Shown here: one piece after another, positions 33,999 through 46,570 of the stretch
Numbering within the stretch: the stretch's first letter is position 1
How the letters are laid out: each line of letters begins with the position of its first letter
Assembly: GCA_020891255.1 (NCBI GenBank)
Contig: BQFW01000001.1
Location: 868,001 to 932,000 of the forward strand
DNA: 64,000 nucleotides
Direction of reading: 5' to 3'
DNA from: Entomortierella parvispora E1425
Taxonomy: Eukaryota > Fungi > Mortierellomycota
Made by a program: the position numbers and the translations under genes
The notes under the pieces: model-generated
Databases searched by the model: none
What the model saw: only the letters and a program-made list of their open reading frames with translations
Told to the model about the DNA's origin: nothing

Positions 33999-36900
33999 TC
34001 ATTGGTCTTGTTTTGAGTCGATCCATTGCAAGACCAAGGCGATCTTGTTTCTATCTGTAGTGACATTGGTGGAGCCACTTGCAGGGACATTCACGGAACC
34101 TTCCTCTTTTGAGCAAAAGGCGCTTGGTGGACATGGTGACGACGACGATAATTGTGCTGACGCTGCAGGCTGTTGGACAGAGGCAGCGGAGGAGGAAGGC
34201 AGACTGGACGACAAAGACTGGCCACGAGAGATCCGGAGAGAAGAGAGATTCATCCAGACGCCATGCTTGCGAGCGTGTCTCATGGATGGACTGTCGTTGT
34301 CGCCACCATCGCGAAGCGTCTTCTCATACCCGGTCTTCTGTTCCCTCACACCCTTGTCCAACAATCCGCCGCCACGACGATGACAGCATGTCCCGTCTGG
34401 AGGGCTATCTTTCCCCCTGTTTTGATCCTCGTTCATATCAAATAGTTGAATATCGTGCTGGGCGCACAGGAACCATTCTCGAGCCAACTGCCATCGTCGA
34501 AGTTTTACATACAATACACCCAGATTCCAAGCACAGTTGATCCTCATTGTAATCAACTGACGGTCCATCGCTGGTATCGGTGACAAAGATAGTGGACACG
34601 ATGGAGACGATCCAACAGGAGGGGTGCTGTTCTGGAACGCAAACGTATAGCACTGGATAGCTATCGGCCGGTCATCCAAATACAGATCGTAGAGGACCCC
34701 CAGGTTGTACAAGTTCTTGCTCAAAGTTGGATTGGTAATATATAAGAGATGGTAGCGCAAAATCCTCTGGTCCTGGGATGACGACGACGAAGGATTGGGC
34801 GAGTTGCCTCTCTTTTTTCGCCCAGAGTTTTCCACCTTGTCCTTCCTGGAGCTTCGTTTACCTCGCTTGCGAGTATCAGATGAACCAGACTGCCAGATTG
34901 TTAACAGTCGCTGGGCCAGCTGAACGGCCCAAGACTCGTGTGCGTCGGCTGATCCGGGTGGGGGTATAAGCAAAGTGGAAGCCGGCTTTGACGGGTATGG
35001 TTGCGACTGTGGTTGCGATTGGGCTTGGGCTTGTCCCGGCGATCCCTGGAGTCGTCGACAGTCTTGCCCGGAATCGGCTTCATCATCAACAGCGTCTTCA
35101 ACAAAAGATGCTCTTTTGTTTCTGATGCGACCGGATGAACCTGGGGATGCTTTTGACTCGCCAAGGTTCAATGATGGACAAGAGGACGAGAATAATGAAG
35201 TTGTGTGGAGTTGTCCTGCGTTTGACTCTAATGGATTCCCGCTGGACTGAGATGAGATCGCCTGTCGCCGCCGTCCATCAGCCCACTCTCCCTTTTCCAT
35301 ATTCAGTGATCGAGCAGAATCGGAACGACCAGTCATAGGGGTGTCTGAAACTGGTGGTAATGAAGAAGGAGCCTTTTGTACAAGTCGTTGCAGCAACTCT
35401 GTTGCCTGAACTGGATCTTTTCTCAGGATTACAACCGATTCATCTCGAGGATCCTTGATTCCCTGGCGGCACAACAAAGCCAGACACAGTATCGCTGGTA
35501 GATACACTGTAAATGGTCCTGATCCACAGCTGCCTTCTCGCCCTCCTGCTCCCAAAAAGTCCTCTAGTTCATGAGGAAACAATAAACTTTGCCTTGGTAT
35601 GGGGCACTGGATCTTTGCCTGATGATCCGGTTCTGATCGCTGCGGTTTGATGAACCCTTCTTCCAAAGGACATCTCTTTACCGGGGTTTCGTCCAAGCCT
35701 CGAATTCGACATTTTCCTGCACCTTCAAACCACGCGATCGCCTTCCGGATCTCACCTAGATTGTAACAGATACAGCCAATGTTATAGCTGGCCTTTGTAT
35801 GGCCTTGATCGGCTGCCTGTTGATAAAAATAAATAGCTTTGGCAAGGTCCTGTTCGACGCCTCCCTGTCCATGCTCATAACAAAGTGCAAGGTTGAATTG
35901 TGCAGGCGAGTGGTGCTTGAGCGACGAAAGATGGAAGAAGTGAGACGCTGAGTGAGACCGTCGATGAGAAGGCTTTCCTCCTGTGGGTATTGCAGATAGA
36001 GACGGACGGCTGGCCTCCAGGGCCAGACCATCGTCAATATTATCAGGTCCGGTTCTCTCTTCCTGTTTAGCCGAGAATGAATATCCAGAGAGGGATGCAG
36101 CCTGCTGCTCGCTCATGCTTCCATGACTGGTTACTGCACGCACCCGGCGGGATCTTGTTGTTTCGGAGGTTACTTCTACTGGGTGAATCGCTGGTAGAGG
36201 CGGCAGATTAGAAATGGTACGCGCGCAAGCCAATCCCAATCGTGGTGCTTCTTGTGTGCCCATGACCTTCAGGTCGGCCTCTACTCTCGTTAATTCCGAG
36301 GTGTGGGAGATATTGTTCGCTGGGGAGGCAAGATCGACATTGATCTGCATAGGTGCAGCAGACGGCGTGAGGGCAGGCGTGGGTACGTCTACTCTTTCTG
36401 TTTTAGGAGAGGACAAAGATGATTCGTGGCTGTTCAAAAAATGCTCTTGTGGATCATGATGTTGTTGATGATTAAAGGTGCTGTTGCTGCTGTTGTTTTG
36501 GGAGTAGATGGTTGAGGGCTGGTTTGCCGCCATATTCAATTGCCTCGCAAAATAGAGTCCTGTGATATTCTCTGCCTTCGCTGTGGCAAGATCCAGTAAA
36601 TTTGAGAATGGTATCGTTTGGGGCTGTGTTGTCGACGATAATCCTGCAAGCTGTTGCTCCAACGAAGCAGGAGGTGATCGAGAGAGATTCAAAGTGGTAA
36701 AAGTAGAGGAGGAGGAAGAGGAAGTCGACGACGACGCCGAGGAAGAAGAAAAGTTGGATGAATGCACTGTTTGGCGAGATGACGACGAGTTGTCTATATC
36801 TCTATTCTTTGTCGCGCCTTGTTGCCGGGAAGATGGTGAGCGAAAGAAGGAGGATGAAGGAGTGGCAAGCGCAGCAGTTTTTGTAGTTTGTTGTTGAGGC

Positions 36901-38718
36901 GGCATCGGGGGCAAAGGTGGAAGTCCGTGTGCAAAAGCATCCAGCGTCAATTGAAAGTCAGCATCAAAGATCATAGATGATACGCGCTTCGGACGCGTTT
37001 TGCGCTTTGCTGCAGTGCTTTTAGTTCCTTCTCCCGCATCGTCGAGGTGGCTGCGGCGAGTAAGGAGGTCACCTTTTGGTTCCAGCTCCATGTCCGATCG
37101 TGACCACAGATCCGCGGTATCATCACTATCGGTCTCACGCGAAGCCTTTGGATGCATCCAAGACTGACACCGTTGCCTCCGTCGATTGCCACTCTGGAGT
37201 TGCTGTTGAGTAGGTGCTAAGACATCGCCTTCATCTATTAATTGTTGATTGTTTTGCAAGGTAGTCAGTTGATTGCTAGTTAGTCCATTGAGCCCGGGCA
37301 TCAAAAATAAACATACTGAATGACTCTTGCGTGAAGTATAAAAGCTGACTGAAAATGGGGAAAGCCTCCTTCCTCTTTTCAGCAGATGGTTGGTCTGTTG
37401 CAGCTGTTTGTATTTCTTTTCTTGGAGCTGAGCAAGCCTTTGTTCCAGCATCAGTAGTGGGGTTGGCGTTAGAAGATGTTGTGCACAGCAGCCGTTGTGG
37501 CACATCCCATTTCTCCAGTGCTATGCCGCTGTCTCGACCTCCCTCATCGGCGCTGCACTCATCATCACCACTGTAACGTCTGTGGTCCTCAAGCTCGCCA
37601 TCACCTTGTGGATGGCTTTCAACTCTTGACTTTGCATCGCAGTTGTTCTTCTCTTGCCCACTCTTTGTTGTTGTAGAGGATGGGCAACAGTCGAGACGCG
37701 TGTTTGAACCAACGCTTATTAGCCCCGATTCCTCAATGTCCCGAGAGGGATTGGTGTTGTTGAGGGGAAGCGAGCCAGCACGCTTCAAGGCTCTAGTGCT
37801 GATGGGGCTAGGTTTGGGACGTGATACACGGGGTGTGTGCGGTGTTGTAGGGAGTGCTGATGACGAAGGCTCCTCAGTGACGGGTTTCTCCAACGGGAAT
37901 CCAGAAGTCGCGCTGTTGCTTCCGTGCTCGTCCGGGTTGATCGGTGTCGAGTCCATTTCTGGTAGTAGCTCCGTTGACGTTGTTGTAGCAGTAGTGGTTG
38001 TTATTGCCAACAGCTCGTGGCTCTGAATGGCCTTTCTGCTGTCCATGTCCTCCACACTTGTCGACGCTACAATCACAGAACGATCGTCTAGGGCCTTCAT
38101 AGGCAGTGCCAAAGGACTAACCCCAGAAGAGCTGACCGCAGGTAATTCCACGGAAGAGGAAGTCGCAAACAACGACGACGATCGCGAAAAGCCCTGGGAG
38201 TTGTCCCTCCGTTGCATTAACAAGCCAGGAGCTTGGTGTCGCCAACTTTGAAGTGTTGTTGGTGGTCGTCCTTGCCTTTTACTTTTACTGGGTTTTTTTC
38301 GAGAATTTTCACATCCCAACAATGGCCGAGCCTCGATCCTGCTGCCGTTGCTCTTCCTGTTCTTACTGTAGGGGGACGATCGGATTGAACCAGGGTGACC
38401 TCCAGATGATAAGAGGGGAGAGTTAAAGGCAGGGGCAGCTGATGCTGACACTGACTTTGAGGTGGAACAACGGCACGCGGGAGATGCGAGACGAGAATTC
38501 AAGAGCGTAATTGCAGGGCGGTCGCGGGAAGCGATCCAGGACTGGTGGCTATAAATACCAGTAGAAGATCGACGAACCTGGGTAATATCGCAGTTGTGTC
38601 TGGCGCTACAATGACGAAGGTATGGTGAATATGAAAGGCAACAGGAGAAAGAGCAGGAACAAGAAGTTGGCGGCGTGGATAGCGATATGGAGTTGATCAC
38701 GGTGGTGAGTGCATACAT
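33999..38718 (-). CDS. Large (~1500 aa) disordered protein with Sel1-like repeats, 2 exons
   Basis: ORF 37276..38943 (from MYALTT at 38718) joins ORF 33999..37505 through a phase-1 intron 37349-37235 (GTCAGC...GACTAAC...TAATAG). Sel1 repeats AQFNLALCYEHGQGGVEQDLAKAIYFYQQAADQGHTKASYNIG, plus later YNLGVLY/WNLGVLY. Start codon is uncertain. Confidence 0.75.
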
Positions 38719-38765
38719 CCGGCTGGGGAGGTGGAGGGAGACTGGGAAGGGAAGGAGGAATAGGG

Positions 38766-38797
<32 letters not shown>

Positions 38798-39637
38798 TGG
38801 GAGGACTGGGGAGAGAAAAGATGGGACAGAGAAGAGGCGACGAGGATGCTGACAAGGCCCAACCCAACGGTGTATCTGTCGAATATGTTTGAGCGTGAGA
38901 TTGGGGTGCAGAACAAAGAAGGGCAAGAATGAGCACTGGTCAATTGGATGTGAATTTTATGTTTGGCAGAGTACTGACAACAGGGAAAGAGAGAGAGAGA
39001 GAGGAGTCTTGTGTGGGTGTGGCGTGTGTCTTGTCGCCATCAGAACGCCGAGCGAGAGGAGGCGGTGGTGCGACAGCTGCTTGCTCTCCTGCTTGTGCTG
39101 CCATGCCACATGTCGTATGGTGCGCGTGCTGTGTAACTGCTAACGCGGATCAACAACAGCCAGCTTGGTGGGATAGCCCCCCCCCCCCAGTTTCTCTGAC
39201 GGATGCCGATGCCATACCTTCTTGTAATGAATGGAGCAATTGGAACAAAAGAAACGAATTACACAATCAAATGTGAACGGAGAGGAATGGAATCGCCATC
39301 ATCCTGTTCCCCTTGTCGTCTCCATCACGTTCCAACACAGGAAAAAGTGACTTCGGCGTGAACAAATTGAGAGTGAAAAAGAGGAGGCAAAATACATGTA
39401 GCCGTCAAGGGGAAATGGGCGCCATCGCCAAAAAAAAAAAGGGGTGGCAGGATGACCAAACGTCAGGCACATACACTCAACCACTGTAGTTTTGCTGTTG
39501 TCTGTAAAAAACATTTTCATTAATAATAATTAGAATACAATATTTTACAAGTCTAGAGACGAGGGCGAAGAGAGGAAAGAAAGAAGGCGAGGCGAAGGGT
39601 TGTATAGTGTACAAAATAAATAAAACTGCCTGGCACC

Positions 39638-42032
39638 TTAGATGCCGTCCATGGCACTAGCTGCTGCACTCGTCACGGCGTCGAGTGACACGGCGTCAGC
39701 TTCATGGTCTCCAGTCTCAGGAGCTGGTTCGCTGATTTTGCTTTTGTTGACCACCATTCCTTCAGATATGAATGGCCTAGTCTGAGGCGAGAATCGAGAG
39801 TAGGAAAAAACTTTGTCCACGCTTGCACGTCGAGGTCCTTCCTCACTGGAAGTCTCCTGATCATCTCCATGCAATTCTCGTCCGTGAGAATCTTTAGCAG
39901 TTGCAATTGATGATATGAAAGGGCCTTCCCTTGAGTTTGACCATTCCGTCACGTCGTATCCCAATGGGGTGGTGGTTGACACTATCGGCGATGTCGCAGC
40001 AGTGGCAGACGTCGGCGAAGGAGACGAGCGGCCCAGCAGCTGAGAGAGTCCCGAGAACATGAGGGGACTGTTGGTTCCAGAGATAGGAACTGGAATGGGA
40101 GCCGGTGAAACAATGGTGGGTCCCTCTTTGGCTTCGTCGGGCCTCCGCTGATGTTGCTGGAACTGAAGAGGACTGGGAGATGAGGTTCGGGTGGAAGTCG
40201 AACTGGAGAAAAGTACCTGTGCAGGCAATGGTGGAGTTCCTGCTTTGGACCTCGTTCGACGACTATCAACCGGATCCGTATCACTTCTCAATTGAGGTAC
40301 TGCTGGACTAAACGGTCGCAGAGGCGAAAATTGGAGTTGAGGCAGTGACTGAGGCTGAACCAAGGGCGAAGTTGAGAGGGGGGTATTCATGGTCAGTCTT
40401 GGGAATGTCGAGTTTGGTACCGGGGCGGCTGGTGTCGCTGTAATTATGGAGCTGGTGGTCGTATTGGAGGACGACTGAGATTTTCTCGGAGGAATAGGAA
40501 CGGGAGCAGAGGCGGTCATCATCGGCAGAGTGGACGAGCTTCCTGTGCCACTGTTATTGCCTCGACGGAAAAAACGCCTCTTTTGTGTCGAAGTTGTACC
40601 TGTCACTACCGATGCAGCTTCGCCATGGGCCGAGTGTATGGTAGTTGGGATGGAGGATACGGCAACGCTTTGTTGGTGCTGGTTGTTGTTTCCAATTGTC
40701 ACTCGTTTTCCAAACAAGCCTCGTCGTTTGATCTGGGGACTAGTTTCGCTAGAGATGGCGCCAGAGCTATCGCCAACAGGATTTGAAGCCGACTGTGTCA
40801 TGATAGATTCTGCTTTGGACGGTGCTGTATGAACAACCAGGTTGCGCTGCGAGGCGGAGGAGCTAGCTGGTGAGCTCTTATGGGACACACTGTTATTATT
40901 GGGAGGACCTCCTTTCCGGAAAATACTTCCTGCCCACTGTTTAGCCCATCCAACACGCTGACGGACGGCTCTTTTGGCCATGTTGACATTCATGCGTCCC
41001 GAGTTTTTCATCAAGAAGAGCATTCCACAGTTGCTCGCGAAGAGAACAACAAGGAAAAAATCAAAACTGCAGTAACGCACCACGAGTGTGTAGGCAGTGA
41101 GCATCATCAGGGTTTTTCTCCGTTGGCGTACAAAGGCTGTTTCGCGGACCACTGCCGACAGGAAAGTACCAAAGAGGAGCATGTGTTAGTGTCGATTCGA
41201 CTCTTTGACGGCTCTGCCCAACAATAACCATCCAAGGTGAACAATACATACTGGCAAGGCTGAGTTTTCCTGTCTTGGAGTCGGGCTCGGGGAAAGTCAA
41301 TAGTGCAATAAACTGGAATGGAATGTCAAACCATGGGTTGGGCTTTTCTTTCTCTTGGCTCTTGGGCTGCTGTGAGGACGGTTCAAGTCCTTCGATCCAG
41401 CTCACAAGCGAGTCTAGGAGTGGTGACTCGGTCAGCCAGTTGAGGGTTCCTGTGGTTGCATCTCCTGAAAGGGATGTACCCCCTAATGTCCTCGTGTCAT
41501 CACCCCCTGTCAAGGTGGATGACTCTGCTCCTGGAAATGTGCTGCGTCGAGCTGGCGAGGACCGCAGCCCGTCTATGGTTCGTATTGATTTTGCGTCCAA
41601 GGCTTCGTCATGAAAGTCAGCCAGATCATCTGAGCTGTCGGAAAGTTCTTCTGGGCTCACATCTGGTGTGGGGAGACTTCCATGGTCCCGGAAGGACCCG
41701 TGTTCAATATTCAGGGCAAGTGCCGAAGTGGGCCGATCCTTCAGGGGCACAAACGTCAGCTCGTATTCCGGGGTTAGCATGACGGTGGTACTTCGATTGG
41801 GAACGGAGGCTGAGGAGGAGGGTCTATTGATGGGGTTTAGTAAACTGGGGGGTACACGTCGAGCAGCGGGAGGAGATTGTTGCAGGGACGGCGACGGGGG
41901 AGAGGAGGGTTCGAGTAAGCCAGAAGATCGGAGCTGTCGATGAATGGCAGTTGCGGTGGTGATATCTTCCAAAGAGATGGCTCTGCGTAGTGGTTGTTTT
42001 GTCTTTTTACTAGAGGAATAACGATCGGTCAT
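39638..42032 (-). CDS. Hypothetical protein with a central hydrophobic segment and Ser/Pro-rich tail, 2 exons
   Basis: ORF 41061..42032 joins ORF 39638..41182 through intron 41251-41152 (GTATGT...CACTAAC...GGCAG). Ordered core NPWFDIPFQFIALLTFPEPD...RQRRKTLMMLTAYTLVVRYCSFDFFLVVLFASNCGMLFLMKN. Confidence 0.7.
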
Positions 42033-44415
42033 TTCCCCACTGGAGATGTAAGAGGAGTCCGAGATGTATCCGTCTCCTTCGTGATGTAGCTCAAGAGGGT
42101 CGTGATCGTGGAGTTCGGGGAGGTGGGATTCTTGGATAAGACCGTGTTCAGGCGGAGAGATGGCAAGCTAATGGTAGTTGAATAGGAAAGGGACAGAGGG
42201 AGAGAAACAGAGAAAAAGTGGGGAGATGGACACTGGTGGGTTAGTATGAAGCAATAGAACCAGAACGATATAGAAAGAGGTGATTGCCCTTGTTGCCAGT
42301 ATCCATTGCTATGGTACAAGCACAAACAAGCACAAAGACAGAGGGATCACCGTTGTGCAATAAACCAATATGCATTTCATATGGAAGACTGTCTCCATGA
42401 CCAGTACCTCCCAAGTGAAATCTGATGTTCCGTTCCTACTTCCCCAACTCTTTCTGTGCCGCGGACGGGGAAGAGGGCAAGGTGAAGAGACGGTGGGAGA
42501 TGGGAAATGTCGAGAGAGGGGAGGGAGGGAGGAGAAGAGAAAAGGTGTACAAACGATCGCGCGAGTAGTAATTTCAGGAGAGGACATCCCAAGTCCATTT
42601 ATCCAGAACCATGCATGTTGTTCTTGTTGCCTCCTGGGATCCTTGAATGCTCAAACAATCACAGGCCAACGAAGGCTATGCGTGTCGCCTCCCACGATAA
42701 GAAAAAGGACAACCGTCAACACATGGCAGGAAAGGAGAGGGACCAAGCCTGGATGGATGCTGGCAGCGATAATGGAGACGATATGCAGAGGAAGAGCGAG
42801 AGAGCGGGCCGCTTTTGTGCTGTGCTGTCCTGTGCGATCATCTCCCCTTCCTTCCCTCCTTCCTTTCATCCCTCATCCGTTCCTCTTCCTTGACACTGTT
42901 AATGAAGCACAAGATTGGGGTACTTACAATGCTGTTGTGTGAGAATGTGGACTTTAGCCAGTTTGAGATCTTCTTGGACGTGATTTTCCCATCGATCGAC
43001 TCGCGAGCCATCTGGGACAGATACTCTAGTTCGACATGTAGCAGTGTCTCGGAGTTGCCCTCTGCGACTATTATGTTGCAAAGTAAAGGCCATTCAATTT
43101 GTTAGATCCAGCAAGAGTGCTGACAGGAGAGCAGATTGAGGTGGGGTGATGACCGCTGCTCACAGTGCTGTTGGGAATACAATCCACCGTTGGGGTATGG
43201 AGAGAAAAAAGAAAAAAGCGAAAAATATAAGATGAGCCTATGCTGAACGAGCGCGTAGGCGAATTGAACAATGGGCGAGAGCAAAAAGGAACCAACCCAA
43301 CCGGTTGTTGACCGGTTGATTTGTTTGCGCAGAATAACAGAAGGCGAAGAGCCATTGGACACTTGGACATTGGCAGCACGATGAGGCATATGAAATCCTT
43401 ATGATAAACACGCCCACTCAAAAATAGCCTTTGTGTTCAAGGTGAAGTACAAGTGAGATGAGCCAGCCACTTGGACCGAGCCAAACTGTCTGCTGCCTCT
43501 TGCTGTTGTCGCTGTTGATTGTGATCATTATTGCTGCAGTCGTTGTTGCAGGACCGAGGGATTGTCAATGAAGAGAGGGCAAGAGAAGGGAGGCGGAAAA
43601 AAAAAGAGGAGCCATCCACATGATGTGACCGAGATGGCTGGTGTTGATGTGGCAGCGCACGTTGGTCAATGTGGCAATGCCAGTATCTGCTGGGACAGGG
43701 GCAGGAGGTTGCAGCATGTAACAAGTTACCTCTGTAGTGGGGGAATCCGCGAGTGATGATGCGAAAAGGGTTGGTCTCCTGACGAGGGTGATGCTGCAGC
43801 ACAAAGTAATCCGTCTCAGCCAGGGCTTTCCAGGCAGATCTGCCTCGGAGCAGTACCCCGACAAGTCTGGGCTGAACGACCATGCAATGTGAAAAGAGGA
43901 GGGACGGAGAGACTGTCTATTCGGTCGGGGGTTTTTTTTGTAAGACGCTTCTGAAGACGAGGCTTTGGGAGGGTTACTGCGCGAGGATAAGAGAAACCAG
44001 GAGGTGAGGAACGAGGAGAGAGGGAGGGACGAGAAAGAAGGGAGAAGGGGGCCGGCGGTCTAGCAGAGCCGCATGTTCTTGCAAGGGGAGAGAGGTACAG
44101 GCGGTGACAGAAGTAGAGGTAAAGAGTAGAGCGTATGTATATATTATATACGAGGTAGATAGATAGAGGGAGAACGAGCGAGAGAGAGGAAGGGAAATGG
44201 CGAACGGACAGTGATGGAGGAGGGCGGTGATGAAGGAATGATCAAGATGGAAAAAGTGAGGGAGAAAAATTCAGTGTCTCTCGAGACAGCAGTTGCCACC
44301 AAATTAAGACTGCAGCAAGTGGTGCAGCACAACAAGGTTGGATTGCACTGGCCCACTGCAGCGGCAGCGGCAGCCAGGCTGTGTTCCTTCGCACAAAGCA
44401 ACTGTATTGTTTTTA

Positions 44416-46050
44416 CTATGAAGCGTCAACCTCTTCGCTTGTCTCCATATAATCGTTCTCTTCCTCTTCATAGTCATAGTCATAGTCGTCGTACTCGTAG
44501 TCGTCTTCTTCGTCATCAGACTGCGCGCTTGGTTCTACCCAAGGGACATCCTCCATCTTCACGACAATCCCTGATTTTATAAGGTGCTGTGCCACTTCTG
44601 TCGACCACCAAGTCGGGGGAAAGTAGCCCTCCAAACACTTCATGTTTTCAAGATGGAGCAGCATCCATTCTGCCTCTTCCATCGTCATCCTTTGACATGC
44701 CGCTCCAATTGATAGTTTTTTCAATTTCGTTAAACAGTGTATCCTATCCATTCCTGCATCCAACAAAACCTCCAATCCTTGCCGTGTCCGCCTCCGATGA
44801 CCGCCGATAAAAAGATTGCTTAGTCGAGTCAACTTTGCGATCTCGCTCCAAACTGCCCGTTGCTCCTTGATATCACTCGGATGAGAGGCTACCAGCGTCA
44901 CTTGCAAATGTGTCAATCCAAGAGCAGCCCATCCTTGTCCTGCTGCAATGTCTTTCATCAATATTGATGGTGCCATTATGCTGATCATTGTCGAACAACG
45001 CTCTAGTATCTCTTGAATCATCCAGCTTTCGACATGAAGGCAGTCAATGAGGTCCAGGGTATGCAGAGTCGAGAAATGCTTTTTCATCGCCGTGAATGCA
45101 TTATGAGTGATGTCAATCCCGCACAAGATCAAGCGATCCAGTATGGGAAAAGATCCCACAATTTGGCCTATATCGTCAGGATACGGTAGCCCGCAGCCAT
45201 CCATTTGAAGTTGTGTAAGCTTAGGGCAGGCCGAAGGAATTCGTTTGCATATCTCCTGGGCAGGCAGTGCGTCCTCGGGTCGAACGGTCCATTTAAGACT
45301 TTGTAGTGATGGGCATTGGCAAACCAGATCAAGCTGTGACGAGATGTCGAGTCCAGAGGCGTTTTTGAGGGTCAACTCCCAGATATTAGGAAACGTCCTG
45401 CCTTTGATGACTGAAAGTTCTGGAGATGGTGAATGCGAGGGTGGTGATGGATCCTCAGTAATTCCTGAGGTGAGAAATGGAGTAAAGTATTCATTGCGGG
45501 ACGAGGCCGTCTTGATCCGACTGAAGACCTCAAGCAATGCCTCAAGCTGAGCAGGCTGATCGTACCGACCCCGACTGGACTCGTAGCGCTTCAAGTTTGG
45601 GCAGGCGCTGGGTAATGCTCTGAGAAATTCGGGCGAGGGGGCTGTATTAAGACCAAGACCGAGAATAATCCATTCGATAGAGGGGTTGCGTCGGATCAGA
45701 CATGTCAGATCAGCCCAAAGTCGATCTTTATCAGGTTGATCGCCGTAAATCATGAGGGTCTTGAGGTTGGTACATGCTCCAAGATATTCGTGCAGTCCAT
45801 CTGTAGTCTTCACTTGGAGGGAGCGAATAAAGTGGCAATATTTGGCAAGGAGAGGGCCGTCTGGTGAAGAAGGCGAGTCTTGCCAGCCTGGGTAGAGATG
45901 GATGGTTTGCCAAAGAAAGGGCAAGTAGGAGTGGTGCCAGCGACGGCAGACGAGGACGCAGGAGACTAAGTCCTGGCGGGGAGTGTCCTGGCGCAAGATC
46001 CACGCAGCTATGTAGTGGTGGAGTTCCGGAAGGTCAAGGGGGGTGATCAT
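44416..46050 (-). CDS. F-box/LRR protein (Mortierella-type) with acidic tail, intact single exon
   Basis: Starts MITPLDLPELHHYIAAWI...LVSCVLVCRRWHHSYLPFLW. LRR-like repeats (ACPNLKRY, CPSLQSLKW, ACPKLTQLQM, LHTLDLIDC), AVWSEIAKLTRLSNLFIG, EEAEWMLLH. Confidence 0.85.
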   Translation of the reverse strand: MITPLDLPELHHYIAAWILRQDTPRQDLVSCVLVCRRWHHSYLPFLWQTIHLYPGWQDSPSSPDGPLLAKYCHFIRSLQVKTTDGLHEYLGACTNLKTLMIYGDQPDKDRLWADLTCLIRRNPSIEWIILGLGLNTAPSPEFLRALPSACPNLKRYESSRGRYDQPAQLEALLEVFSRIKTASSRNEYFTPFLTSGITEDPSPPSHSPSPELSVIKGRTFPNIWELTLKNASGLDISSQLDLVCQCPSLQSLKWTVRPEDALPAQEICKRIPSACPKLTQLQMDGCGLPYPDDIGQIVGSFPILDRLILCGIDITHNAFTAMKKHFSTLHTLDLIDCLHVESWMIQEILERCSTMISIMAPSILMKDIAAGQGWAALGLTHLQVTLVASHPSDIKEQRAVWSEIAKLTRLSNLFIGGHRRRTRQGLEVLLDAGMDRIHCLTKLKKLSIGAACQRMTMEEAEWMLLHLENMKCLEGYFPPTWWSTEVAQHLIKSGIVVKMEDVPWVEPSAQSDDEEDDYEYDDYDYDYEEEENDYMETSEEVDAS

Positions 46051-46570
46051 GGCAGATGAGAAAGGAATGATGATGGATGGACAGATGACGAAAAGTCCGA
46101 AAGTGGAGCGGTGCTGCGCAGATTGGTGGCGCACGGATCCCAGCCGCTCTTTTTTTTATTTTTATTTTTTTTTCTCCAGGAGACTGCACACTGCTCTTTA
46201 CATACATATCACTCTATCATTGGCCACACCACCGTAGCAATCAAAAAAAAAAAAAAAAAAAAAAAGATGATGATAAAGTGCCTGTTCAACGGGTGGTCGA
46301 TACATGATCATCATGATCTTGCTTGTGGATGTGGATGTGGCAAGGAAGGTCTCGTTGTCCGCCTACGGTCACTCCCGTCAGGAACGGACGCTTTTGTCCG
46401 TCATCGCGTTTTCGGTTGTGAATGGAACCGGGGATATTTAGTCTCTCGTTTCCCTCGCCCGCGCAATGTTTCCTCACCTCACCAACTGGCCATTCTTTGA
46501 TGCTCCTCCCCATTGTTGTTCGTTGACTCTTCCCTCCTTCCTCCCTTACCTACCATTTGCAGCACGAGCC

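Noticed and set aside
38773-38797. (GA)n, (GT)n and poly-A/T tracts here and throughout introns and UTRs
   Set aside because: Ordinary microsatellites, common across the whole window.
42377-43883. Scattered minus-strand ORFs with donor-like sites upstream of the gene at 42032
   Set aside because: No coherent protein could be assembled. More likely a long 5' UTR with introns or uORFs.
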